63,999 nt of DNA, filler included, from Basidiobolus ranarum (GCA_040143965.1; 3 parts of 3 records of this genome joined end to end with filler, not necessarily neighbours in it), one strand, 5' to 3'; counted from the whole stretch's first letter, positions 11,074 through 23,356 are shown. Notes: generated from the sequence alone by a model not told the origin. Translations and numbers: made by a program.

Positions 11074-13255
11074 ATGTCGTGGAAGATCTCTGGTTTCAAA
11101 AGTATGTCTTTACTTTTTGACAAGCAAGTCCTTTCTCAATCAATACAAAAACCAACTCTTGAATTTATCTTTAGAAAATAAAGAAACGCCTGTTCCAACC
11201 ATATCGGCACCGATTTCAACTCCAGTTCGACAAAAAAGTCCAAAGTCTGGAACTTTACTGATTCGTGTAGTCGAAGCAAAACATTTACGCTTTCCATCTG
11301 AAGTTTCGTTGCCTTCCGGACGTATAGAAACCTGGAGACTACCCTACGTAGTTTTGGAATATGACAGAAATGACTTGCTGATTGAGGCCTTAGGTGGTGA
11401 ACTAGAGAACCCAGTTTGGAAATATAAAGCAAACTTGTAAGTATTTAAACCATCTGTTGCTCACCTAGATGAATGACTAGATTACTTTGTCATCTATGTT
11501 TGGTATATCTACGTGTTCAATATTCTTTTTGTGCTCATCTACTCCTGTTATTGTTTCTTAGCGATGTATCTCGTGAAAGTGAGGTAACAGTATCGATTTA
11601 CACTCGTACGGAGGATCCAAAAAAGACTTCTGGTAAATCAGTATTTTTGGGTGCCGTGATTCTTAATCCCGAATTTAGTGGAGTATGTTTTGTTGTAGTG
11701 AGGTTGAATATTGAATGGCACATTAACTGCTATCTTAGAGGTTACAAGATGAGTGGGTTCCACTTGCTGGTGGGTCAGGCTATATTAGAGTACAGCTATG
11801 TTACAAGAAGACTGAGGTTTGACATTATTATTTGATGCATTCATTGAGTGGTTCTTTTTATATTTATATTTCTGTGAATTTTAGAGAACTACTCCACTCT
11901 CCATCGACGAGTTCGATCTCCTGAAAGTGATAGGAAAGGGAAGTTTTGGAAAAGTAAGCACATTCGTATCTGTTGATTGTTAAAGGTTTTTGTATTGATG
12001 GGGCGCATCTTACTTTATTGAATTAAGGTGATGCAAGTTCGCAAATGTGATACAAACCGTATCTATGCTATGAAAATTCTCAACAAGTCGAAAATTGTTT
12101 CCCGTGATGAAGTAACACATACTTTGGCAGAAAGAACTGTCCTTGGTCAAATCAATCATCCATTTATTGTTCCATTGAAGTTCTCCTTCCAAAGTCCCGA
12201 AAAACTTTATCTCGTTCTTGCATTCGTTAATGGTGGCGAGTTATTCCATCATTTGCAACGCGAGGGGAGATTCGAGGAAAAGAGAAGTCGATTCTACGCT
12301 GCCGAGTTGTTAACTGCCTTAGAACATCTCCACAGCTATAATGTCATTTATCGGTAAGTATCTCAATACACCTTGCGAATGGTGAATGCCTCATATTAAT
12401 TTGACTATTGATTAATCTTAGCGATCTAAAACCCGAGGTTAGATTGAATTTAGTACTGAGTGACTGACTGAATTCTTACATTTCATTTCACTAGAATATT
12501 CTATTGGATTACAATGGCCATATTGCCTTGTGTGATTTTGGGCTCTGCAAACTCAACATGGCGGAGACCGATACGACGAATACTTTCTGCGGTACGCCTG
12601 AATATCTTGCACCCGAGCTTCTCTATGGGCAAGGATACACAAAGACAGTTGATTGGTGGACATTTGGTGTGCTTTTGTTTGAGATGCTTACAGGGCTTCC
12701 ACCTTTCTATGACGAAAATACTCATGAGATGTATAGAAAGATCCTGGAAGATGAGTTGAGGTTCCCAGACCATGTTGGCTCACATGCTAGATCCCTCTTG
12801 AGAGGAGTAAGTAACGTGAATTGAAATTTTATTATGTCAATCCATCATTAATTCGCTCTGCGTAGTTACTTGAAAGAGACCCCAACCAAAGACTGGGTAA
12901 TAACGGTGCTGATGAAATCAGGCGTCATCCTTTCTTTGCGGAGATCGAGTGGCCCAAGTTGCTGGCGAAGAAGTACCAGCCACCATTCAAACCCAATGTG
13001 GTAAGTCACTCTATGGGTGGTTGCATTGTACTTGAGATTAAAGGAGCTTTATTGGTATTGTAGGCCTCTGCTTTTGACACTTCCAACTTTGATGAAGAGT
13101 TCACCTCCGAGATTCCACATGATTCAGTGGCAGAAGATTCCAAACTTTCTGAAACTATGCAACAACAATTTGCTGGATTTACGTACGAAGGTGATGGTGC
13201 TTTATCTTTAGCTACCAGTCTGGGTGGGATGGGTATGGGACGGAGCATCAATTAA
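11074..13255 (+). CDS. YPK1: AGC-family Ser/Thr kinase Ypk1/Gad8-like with N-terminal C2-like region, multi-exon
   Basis: Start MSWKISGFK, GKGSFGK, HTLAERTVL, YRDLKPEN split over a micro-exon, DFG, TFCGTPEY, and hydrophobic motif QQFAGFTY. Confidence 0.93.
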
Positions 13256-14123
13256 AATTCAGCCAAGCCAATCTCACGAGCATTACAGAAGAGCTCAATA
13301 GCCAAGTAACTTTGGTAGACTCATCCATACTTTCTTACACATGATATCTTAACATTTCCCTTTGAATGGGCATTATCCTTCATTTGGCCTCATCTTTCAG
13401 TGTTTTCTATTTTATACTACTGTTCATTATAAAATCCGAAAAATTCAATAAAACCTACCAAATATGCTAGTAGTTGATGTTGATTATATCTGTGGAGGGA
13501 CAGTAAGCCACGAAGGTGCAATATAGCGTTAAGATTGCGCTACAGAGTGAAGTAATAAAACCCTCCTTCACTCCTCAACAAGCTCTTACAAAAGTGCCCT
13601 GTGGGGTTTCCCAGGTCTATGTTAACCTTAATCCAGATGCATCATCAATGATCATATGGGAGACGCCACGCAAGATAGAATGGAACTCGACTGTACGCAT
13701 ACTTACATGTACAGCCTCTCCTGCATGTAAATGTATCTTAGAATAAAGGGGAGTAGATTCTGTCGTTGAGCCATCCATCTTGTTCTATAAAGTTGTTCAT
13801 CACAAAACTCCATTGGTTAAATACATGCACATCTCCTCGACATCATACCTAGTATCAAATACAGTACGTTGTTCATGTCCGAACGTACCTTTAATAGCGT
13901 CACCATGGCCTAACCCTAACTCCAGATTATTAAAACTAACGATCATAACAAATAAATTAAGATCACATGTAGATAAATCAGTGGCTGTACTTTTGGAAGC
14001 CCTATTTCCTTAATAAACCCATTTCAATCGTTACCTTGTTCGCTTTACTTTTATACTTGCAACATTGTACGTGTTGACCTTTCCCTCTTGCTGTAATTAA
14101 GACACCTTTTGCTATTGATTGGA

Positions 14124-15607
14124 ATGAGAGGAGAAACTTCAATCTCAAAGCCTATCAAGCTCCTGTTCATCTTATATATATTACTTTCCTTCCTTTATAT
14201 ATTCCATTATTTCTATGAGGTACCTAATCAAGGTAAGTTGATCTCTCTACTGTATATTGAGTGAGCTTTCTTTAACACAATATCAGGCGCATTAAGATCA
14301 CCGCAACACACCCAAGAATGGATTCTGGAAGATACAGGTAAATAGACTCGTGTTATCGTGTAAAGAATAAGATACCAATCACTTTTCTTATCAATCAACC
14401 TATAGACGCTACAGTGTTCGATAGCCACAATAATCAATACATCTACTCGAAATTGTTCTCAGACGCTATGCAACCAACGGATTTAAAGGCATTCTATATC
14501 CGGGCTAAATCCATACATTCCCCTGATGATATCACGGTTACAACGTTGATTACCCCTGATAGATTTGAAGTATTTGAAAAGTTGATCAATAATTATCAAG
14601 GTAAGCTCTAGCAAAGATATCCTTTGAGAAGTTAACTCTAACGTATGTGAACCCAACTAGGTCCCATTTCAGCTACCCTCCATATTAATGATACCCCAGA
14701 AAAGGTGGAGATACTTGAACGACTCAACGAAATGTACACTAGAAATCCGTTGATGCGAAAGTATGTGGACGTTCATTTGATCGTGGACTCGTTCGAAAGG
14801 CAATTCAACTATTGGCGTAATGTGGCCCGATTCTTTGCTCGTACAAAATACATATTGATGCTGGATATAGACTTCTTCCCTTGCACTGATCTACGTCAGA
14901 ATCTACAACGGTATCCAAGATTGCTGGGCCAACTCCGTGAAGGAACCGCTGCGCTAGTGATTCCGGCATTTGAATATGAAGCCCTGGATGAAGGCCGGAA
15001 TTCAGACTACTTTCCACGCAATAAAAATGCTCTGATTAGATCAGTAACCACGGGGCATATCGATATGTTCCATAAAATTTGGCTACCAGGACATGGATCT
15101 ACCAATTATACTCGTTGGTACTCTTCGGAGCAACCATACCTTGTCACTGATTACAATCATAGTTACGAGCCATATGTGATTTTTAAAAAAGATGCGGTGC
15201 CCTGGTGTAACGAAAGATTTATCGGATATGGTGCCAACAAAGCCGCTTGCTTGTATGAGATCTATTTATCCGGAATCGAGTTCTGGGTCTTACCGAGTGA
15301 TTTCTTGATACACCAAAACCACGATTACCCAGAGACCACTCGTAGAAATGAGGTAGGAAGCGATCTTTACATGACAACTGAGCTGATTGATCTTTACATG
15401 ACAACTAAACTGATTGATACTGACATTCATTTGCAGAGAAAGTTAAACAAGAATATCTATGCCAATTTCCGTGAAGAAACCTGCTTTCGTTATTGGCGTA
15501 ATGCATTGGCACTTGGTACCTGGGATCAGCCACGTTCTAACAATGCTAAACAAGAATGTGGGAAAATCCCTGGATTTTTGGAGATACTAAATGAAGTGGA
15601 GTATTAA
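14124..15607 (+). CDS. Glycosyltransferase family 49 (LARGE/B4GAT1-like), type II membrane protein
   Basis: N-terminal TM (LLFILYILLSFLYIF), NYWRNVAR, DxD motif LDIDF, ALVIPAFE, YEPY, NERFIGYGANK. Confidence 0.88.
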
Positions 15608-15720
15608 TAGTCTCGTGTTTGATTGGTCCAGTTTCTTTGAAATATCCGAATATTCCCCCTCTCTTCCTTACATGTGACATAATTTTGTAACGAAGGCATT
15701 TATTTATTCAATTCTATGTT

Positions 15721-15842
15721 GACTTTCCCTTACGCAGGTATTACCCTGTTCAGGTTCAAAGGGTATGATCTCAGTCCATTTGTAGTATCCTGTTGACCCT
15801 TACCTAGGCCACCATCCAAAATACCACAGGACACCCCTAGTC
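15721..15842 (-). ncRNA. TPP (THI-box) riboswitch aptamer in the 3' UTR of THI5/NMT1
   Basis: The minus strand reads GACUAGGGGUGUCC...GGACUGAGAUCAUACCCUUUGAACCUGAACAGGGUAAUACCUGCGUAAGGGAAAGUC. P1 GACU/AGUC, P2 AGGGGU/ACCCUU, long P3 (UGUGGUAUUUUG/CAGGAUACUACA), conserved CUGAGA, and P4-P5 with UAAU loop and GCG. Lies ~97 nt after the THI5 stop. Confidence 0.95.
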
Positions 15843-15938
15843 TCCAAAAGAATGTTTCAAATAGATTCAAATAAAATATAGAGTGGGTTTATGGTCAACA
15901 CTTAGTCTTCGTTAGTAAGGGTTGACCCACTCCAGTGC

Positions 15939-17153
15939 TTAGGCCTGGATGCCTGGATTGACCAAAGGTCTGCATGATTGGCATTCCTCCAAATCCCCAT
16001 TGTTAATACCAGTTTTAGTCTGTTCGGGAACATTAGGGTCAATCTCAGCTAACAAAGGCCAAGAAAGGAAGGAATTGGTCATGTTTTGCTTGAAGGCATC
16101 ATCAACAATACCTAAACGTTTACAATAGTTGGTAACTTTGTTCCAATCACGTTGAACATTCTTGAGATCTTTAGAGAAATAGACGAAAGAGCGATCGAAA
16201 ATCTTTCGATTGACTGGAGTGTTCATAGCTGGCTTGAGATCTATCAACAATTCGTACGCTTCCTCAGGTTTACCCTGAATGAAGTCCATACCTCTTTTGA
16301 TGGCTTTCATGAACTTCTCTACCTTTTCTGGATTCTCTTCTATGAATTTTTCATTTCCAATGAAAAGAATCTACTCAAAGCAAAAGTGGTTAGTGACAAA
16401 AGGAAACCCCATCAGGAAAATCTCCGAATTACCGAGCAGAAGCAGCAGCAACCGAGTTTAGCCAGTTCGTCGATTCGAAGCATGCGAACATCATCACGCT
16501 TGCGTCCTTGTTCGACACTCCACTCTTCCAGTTCGACCATTTGGACATTCTCAATACCTATACCACCATCAATCTCACCCTTCTGAATGGCTCTTGTCAC
16601 ATTCATACCAACACGAACAGGAGTGTAGTCTTCGGGAGTCATACCAAAATGACGAGTAAGTTCATCCAATTGAATCTTACCAAACTCCCCTACATAACCA
16701 ATCTTCTTTCCACGAAGAGATTGAAAGTCCGTAGAGATGCCCTTTGCAGATTCCAAATAAATCACACCAGTGAATGGTTCCTACATCGAAGGTACTCGTT
16801 AAACTCTAACCACTTTCTTTCATCTTGGTCATCATAGTTACATCAAGTAATGTTCCAATAGATTTGATTGGGAATCCTCGGGCTTTTCCTGCGATAGTAT
16901 GGATCATGGCCTTCAATCCAAGGTCAGCTTTACCACTGCCGATGATCTCAGTGACATCTACACATTATATGGTTGGATAAAGTGAAGTTCCAATGCAATC
17001 GAGGGACTACTTACCAGATGGATCGTTAGGCTCCAATATAGCCACCTTAATACCTTCATCTCCAAAGTATCCAAGCTTATGAGCGATGAATAAAGGAGCA
17101 TGGTAAGGAGTGGCATGCCAGTTGAGTAAGCAGGTAATCTTGTCGGTGGACAT
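15939..17153 (-). CDS. THI5: HMP-P synthase THI5/NMT1 (thiamine pyrimidine synthesis), multi-exon
   Basis: [29 protein letters not shown] (Lys/His motif), [20 protein letters not shown] motif. Confidence 0.96.
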
Positions 17154-18631
17154 ATTCAAAGAATCTAAAAAAATCAAGTTAAGAATATCTTGTTGATAGT
17201 TAACTGTGTTATGTCCATCAGCCTCTTCTTTTATACCTTCAACGGGCGCAGTGTTTGGGGAGATATTACGCATAGTGATGAGATGTGATATTTCACTCAA
17301 TTAGGAATGACTCGAGTCAGACGTATACCATTCCTACACTGTTTTCAACATCCCTAGGTGATTCAACCCTCGAAAAAAACCAGAAATCCTTTGCTGGAAA
17401 CGATCGACCATGCCGAGTGAAAGAAAGAGGATATAGTTGGTTGGAAATGGTATGATAGGATGGCTTAGCAGTACACCATGGTTTCACTAAATGCCAACTA
17501 ATTCCCAGTTTTGTTAGCAAACGCCACCTGGTTGTTAGTCACTGATATATCCATCATCTATCAACATCGAGCACATGCCTCCATAAATTTCAATTTTCAC
17601 CAATCATCGTCCTCGGTACTATATCTCAAATTTCTGTTGGGATCATTCACATCAATAGTGAGTGATATCTCTGCGAATACTAGTTAATTGTAGTATGAGA
17701 ATTTCTCACACAAGAGAGTCACCTCATCGCGAATCATAGTCAAAATCTGCTTCAATAGCAAGGTGAAACGGCTTTTAAAGCACGGATCAGAATGAAATAT
17801 AGCATGTAGCATAATCAAATTACTCATATCTAAGTATGTGGGACTATATCAATCTTTCCGATAGAAGGTACTTAATCCTCACTAGTCTTCAATTATGGGT
17901 ATTCTATAATTAAATGCTACTGCAATGACTTATTCTAGAAAGCTACATCCACATACTCTACCAAGGGTTTCTGCGAAGGTGCCATTTAAGGCTTGGAAGG
18001 GACATTGACTGTGTGATTCACAGCAAATCCACTCTATATGGGTTGAGAGGAAATTTTCGTGTGATGCATTGTGGGGTAAAGATTCACACACAATGTAATT
18101 ACTAGAGGAGTTGCATAGAGGGGAGCATAGCTATTGTTAATACTGTAATAGGAGAAACAGATTGTATCATGAAATTTGCTACCATTGCTAGAAAAAGTGG
18201 GATAATAATGGCCATGGAGTTGATTATCTTTCATCTGGAAGAATGATTGGGTTTGGTGTAGGTAATAGTGCCTGATGGATGGCAAAAAGTTACTATGTGT
18301 ACAGAGTGGATTATATTACTGTTGGAAGAAGATATAGCATTAGTGCTTAATGTCATTCATATATAGGTAGCAACCCAACCGTGTAAGTGTGGATATTCAT
18401 CTCTCTGAAGATATGTATACTGCAGAATGATCATCCTCAATCGACAATGATAGGAAATTTATTTGTGCATAGACAGTAGTGGTGCAGTGGTGCATAATCC
18501 CGTCGATTTCATACTGCTTTTACAATAACCGGAGCAATGACCACAAAGAAAATGTTGTGGATATAAAAGATGAAAGATCGCACCCATTGCTAGCCAAGAT
18601 CTACATTCCCTCCACAATAACTTTAAACAAC

Positions 18632-19294
18632 ATGCGTTTCGCCACCAATGCTGTTATCTGTTCACTAATTGCTGCCACCTGGGTAAATGCTGCTCCAACT
18701 CCAAGAAATGAAGCCAAGTACAGCCACACTAAAGAGTATCAGAATGCTATTCGCAATATCTATGAGCCACAAACTTATAAAGAACATAAATATGATGCTG
18801 ACAACCACAGGATTTACAGCAAACCTTCGCTATCTCGTGATGAGCAAACCTACGGAGAAGATGAATATATTAAAAGGAAGTTACAACTTGATGGAGAATC
18901 TGGGGGCATCAGCACGCCTGTCACTGATTTGGATGACAAACCGGATAGTAAGCAAACAACAGGGAATACCGACCCAACTAATGATGTGCTCAGCCCCATA
19001 GATACAGATTCCAACAACTGTTCAAATATCAAGGCAGCTCTAGTTTCGCAGGGTCTTCATGCGGAGGCAATTATTTGTTTAGATAAACTTCTGGTGATCT
19101 ACCCCTTCAAGGCCGTCAGCGATGAAAGTCAGCAAGAAATGTTGGCTCAAGTTGTATCGTTAATAGGAGGAGGAAGTTCTAGCGATGAGAAGGAGCTTTT
19201 AACTTGTAGTGCTATTAGAGCCCATCTTAGAGTTCTTGGAATACAGGTGGATGCGGAAGTATGCTTGACTGGGCTGATCCAAATCAATTTGTGA
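18632..19294 (+). CDS. Secreted hypothetical protein with two Cys-bounded C-terminal repeats
   Basis: ATG at 18632 gives signal peptide MRFATNAVICSLIAATWVNA. TATAAAA at ~18562. Internal KR site. Intronless. Confidence 0.75.
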   Translation: MRFATNAVICSLIAATWVNAAPTPRNEAKYSHTKEYQNAIRNIYEPQTYKEHKYDADNHRIYSKPSLSRDEQTYGEDEYIKRKLQLDGESGGISTPVTDLDDKPDSKQTTGNTDPTNDVLSPIDTDSNNCSNIKAALVSQGLHAEAIICLDKLLVIYPFKAVSDESQQEMLAQVVSLIGGGSSSDEKELLTCSAIRAHLRVLGIQVDAEVCLTGLIQINL

Positions 19295-20126
19295 AGTATA
19301 AGGATTGATTTATAACTTGTCTCATTTTATTGGCACTTTGCGTTCATTTTTATCGAGTATTTGCATATTAATAAATATATTTTGATTTTTTCCTTGAAAT
19401 GTAAAATGTCTATACTTAACGACAGAGGCAATTCCAAAAGCAATACCATGACAGTTGTGGACAAGTAAATTCCAACTACTGAATATCCATATTCATTTAA
19501 CCCACATATCCATCCATATGTTAGTCCGTTCGTGTAACAATGCTGTTTACTTTGCCTAAAAATGACTGCTAGAAGAGAGCTCATCTATAGTGATGGATTA
19601 ATACTAATTAAACAAATTCATTTGTATGGTTGATTTTGATTATTGATTTTAATATTTTGTACATGCACCGGTAACTACATAATGGCCCAAGCACCGTCCA
19701 TTCTGAGCGAACCTTTGTTACTAATTGGCTAGCAATGGATAGGATTTCCTAGATATAGTAGCTCCATTGAGTTCTCTTTGAAAACCTGTAATGCTAGTTG
19801 TTCAGATTCAGTAGATGATAAAAGCTCTACCTACTGCACATTAGTTAACTCATCTGTTTATAATAGTAGAATCTCTGATATATACTGAGGAACTAATCTT
19901 CAGTTCATTTTTATGCAGCAAAGAGTAATAACTAGCACTGCAACTTGCGTTTGAATATAAATCTTTCACTTGTCTGTCAGAGAATTTTAAATATTCTGCT
20001 CAATAATTCCACTTTTAGAAAATGTTAATCTGCTTGGATGTATTCATATCAGTTGTGCTTTAATAGTAATCTTCGACATTTACTCGGTTAATTAAACGGT
20101 TCAAAAAGGAATACATTATCACGACC

Positions 20127-20648
20127 TTAGGCACCAAATACTTGAGTCCAATAATTCCCATTGGCAACATATCCAGAACCAAAGGAGGTAAACTGCGGAT
20201 TCAAAATGTTTTGTCGATGTCCAGCAGAATTCATCCAACCTTCCATAACGAGATCTATACTAGTGTAGCCCATGGCTACATTTTCTCCGATAGCACTCCA
20301 TTTAAATCCAGTTTCAGTGACTCGTGTACTCAAAGGTCTTCCAGGTTCATCATGGGTCATTTGGCCAACACGAGCTTGATAATCAGTATGCTTCTGAGCT
20401 GCTTGCACCAAGTTGATGTCCAGCTTCAGAGGTTCACCCCCATTTTGTTGACGTTGCTGATTAACTAAAGCGAGCATTTTTTGAAGATCACCATTTTCAG
20501 AGACTGTTGCGCTTACTGGAAATATCTTTCCTTTCCTTTGACGTCGGTTAGGGTGTTGAGTAAAACTAACATCTTCAGGGCCAGTAATAGCCTGTATAGC
20601 TTGTAGGAGAAGAAAGGTTAAGCAAATAAGGGTTATCCAGCTTTTCAT
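20127..20648 (-). CDS. Secreted CAP/SCP domain protein (bacterial YkwD-like type)
   Basis: Signal peptide MKSWITLICLTFLLLQAIQA. Motifs VNQQR, AAQKH, GENVAMG, WMNSAGHRQNIL, YWTQVFG. Intronless. Confidence 0.92.
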   Translation of the reverse strand: MKSWITLICLTFLLLQAIQAITGPEDVSFTQHPNRRQRKGKIFPVSATVSENGDLQKMLALVNQQRQQNGGEPLKLDINLVQAAQKHTDYQARVGQMTHDEPGRPLSTRVTETGFKWSAIGENVAMGYTSIDLVMEGWMNSAGHRQNILNPQFTSFGSGYVANGNYWTQVFGA

Positions 20649-21790
20649 GTTGCTCAATAGGATATATAGCTCTGAATTTGTGATTTTGGTGTATCTTTAG
20701 AGTATGCCCTCGATGATTTTATATATGTCCAGGTAACCAACTTTGTGGTTCACTCGCCTACTCATAAAAGCAAGCAAAATTAACGGTTGAACCGGATGAC
20801 TTCCTAATGAAGCTTCTATTTTATTGAAAATGCAGCAGTAAGATTTATGGCTTCACTGAACATTAAACTTAAGGTGACTGGGATCTCCACAAGCACCTCT
20901 TCAGACTCCCGACTTGTCTGCGTATAGAAATAAGTCTACACAGGTACCAACACTATCGCACAAGAAAAGGAAACTAACCATAGAATGGTGTAACCATGAA
21001 GCAAAGAACTGCATTCTACCCAGCACCAGTCTTATTTCTCAATTATTAAGTTGACCTTATTATTAGATTGGCAAAACCTTCTCTTTCTATCATAAATTCA
21101 GTAAGAAGTTAGAATATGAACACAAGGAGATAAAAGTATCATACTTTGCATGTTGGATGTATATATAAATAGAAGCAAGAGTTTATTTTGAATAGTGGTC
21201 AATTCGAATGATCAAACAAATCGAAGTAACAGTCATTCGGTTTTGGCGATTAAAACAACCATTGATTGTTACCGTACAATCATAATGAAATTGAATTCAG
21301 AAGGAAATACTTAAGCAATATCTAAAAGATACTCGGTGAGCCATATTATCTCGAAGAACCAAAATCAGGCTGACATCTTCATGCCATTATCCTTACCGCC
21401 ATTGACTGTTTGGCTATATATAAATCTCCGCGGCATGATTCAGAAGTAAATGGAGACGCCGAGAATTCTGAAGATCTGAAAGGAATAAAAGAAAAGAGTG
21501 AGAAGATTATTCTCGAAACTCAAAATACTGTTGGAAAAGCTAGTAGGCACTTCACGCTCTTGGGTGACAGAAAACCCATCTTGGAAAATGTTAGTACTAA
21601 CGATATTCATTCTGACATGTTGAGAAATCGTTAAAAGTTAGGAAGAAAACTGAACTTTGTCATACAAAATTCAAGCAATTATTTCTGCTATTTCCAATCT
21701 TGATTTGACCATCTGCATTTAACGAAGTGCTTAATCTTATCTAGTTGAATCCTTTTTAAGATTTCATCAGTATCCAAAATCACACCTATT

Positions 21791-21938
21791 TTGCATACCG
21801 AAATGGAGTTGCTAAAACTCTACTCATGGGTGCGTTGTCTGTTCTTGTTTCGGAAGAATCATCCAGCTTTTCAATATTCAGTCGGTAGTGAGATGGTATA
21901 GTGCATTTGAAGATGAATCGAGCTATTATTCAGCCTGA
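21791..21938 (+). pseudogene. Possible decayed protein-kinase fragment
   Basis: LHTEMELLKLYSW, an in-phase GT-AG intron (21830-21881), then SVVRWYSAFEDESSYY, resembling kinase subdomains III-V. A stop follows and no intact ORF surrounds it. Confidence 0.3.
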
Positions 21939-22580
21939 AGTTCAAGATGGAGAGAAATACAAAGCTTAGGTGTCCAAACAGGCCAAGCTAATCATGCCAT
22001 TTTACGCTTCGAACCCTTTGCTTACTTAGATTGTCACATAGGGGCATATAATAAAGATAAAGGGTTGCTGATCTTGAATGCACTCTGCTGTAGGATGTTA
22101 TTCACAAAATATCTTAGATCCGTACTCCTTTGAGCCCAAGATAATACACTCCTCGGAACTAGAACATTCAAGTCGCACATTGTGCTTATCAACGCACGGA
22201 GATATTTCGACCCTTCAACAAAGAGAAACCCTTGCTCAATGTTGAACAGCTGCAACAGTAACATATATAAAGCCACAACTATTCTTTGAAATTTCTTATC
22301 ATTACTCCTGTTCTAGTTTTATCTCAGGTTAGTCTTTCTATTTTTTTCTCAGTATTAATACTATCACAATTGTAGGCCAATACGGTTTTTATGTTTCTTC
22401 AATGAATCAACAAATTTCCCTCTTACTCAACTTCTAATTTCTAGACCACATAAAGCCTCTCTCTAATTACGCACCACCTGAATTCCAAGAAACACCGCTG
22501 AGTTATATGTAAGATCTTCGTAAATATTATCTATATTTCTTCTTTTCTTACCCCATTTTTTTTGCCCTGGCAGTGTCATT

Positions 22581-22868
22581 ATGATGTTGAAATGTTTGAT
22601 CGTCACTGCTTGCCTTGCTGCCACAGTATATGGACAAGTCAATAGTATTTTTTGTCAGGCTAGATATATCACCAATGTTGCAACATGTGTAATCGGTGTG
22701 AAAGAATGTAACGCTGTAGAAGTCTTCAGTTCATGTGTTTGCGCCAACACTGGAGCAAAAGACAAGCTTCGATTATGCCTAGTTGCGTTGCTGAGTGATC
22801 CTAACTTTAGAGGAACTTTGACAACAGCTGATATCAATAGACTTGGGTCCGGCAATGCCAGAAGATAG
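22581..22868 (+). CDS. Small secreted cysteine-rich protein (95 aa)
   Basis: Signal peptide MMLKCLIVTACLAATVYG and 6 Cys in the mature region. Confidence 0.65.
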   Translation: MMLKCLIVTACLAATVYGQVNSIFCQARYITNVATCVIGVKECNAVEVFSSCVCANTGAKDKLRLCLVALLSDPNFRGTLTTADINRLGSGNARR

Positions 22869-23256
22869 AACTGAAATAGACATTACTGCAAATTCAAACT
22901 TTCTTCTAGTTGCGATGATACTAATGTTATGTGAAATACCACTCAAACTTCCAATCATTCAACTCTTTCCATGTCATCTCATGAATGATTTTATATCAAG
23001 CCTTGTTGATCATCCCCATTTATACTCTAGGATAAATCTCATAATACAGTGTTTTAATCTAAAATGAGAGATTTAAAACAATCAATAATAAATGTCATTT
23101 CATAAAATAAATGGTACGATCGCAAAAAATTGGAGATGAGTGGACAAAACTGATAAAAGTGTTTAGGGGATTTGGAAGTGTTTTGGACAAGATTTGGATT
23201 TGTGAATTAGACACTTAAGTTTTATTGAATTGAATATGTCCTATTTATAGTTTACT

Positions 23257-23356
23257 NNNNNNNNNNNNNNNNNNNNNNNNNNNNNNNNNNNNNNNNNNNN
23301 TTAATTAATTAANNNNNNNNNNNNNNNNNNNNNNNNNNNNNNNNNNNNNNNNNNNN
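23257..23356. other. Assembly gap with artificial TTAATTAATTAA linker
   Basis: 100-nt N run with a central six-frame-stop linker at 23301-23312. Confidence 0.98.

Noticed and set aside
17154-17520. 5' intronic TPP riboswitch as in Neurospora NMT1
   Set aside because: No CUGAGA/AUACC/GAACCUG core was found on the coding strand upstream of the ATG.
23301-23312. TTAATTAATTAA palindrome inside N runs (also 46610-46621)
   Set aside because: Artificial scaffolding linker.
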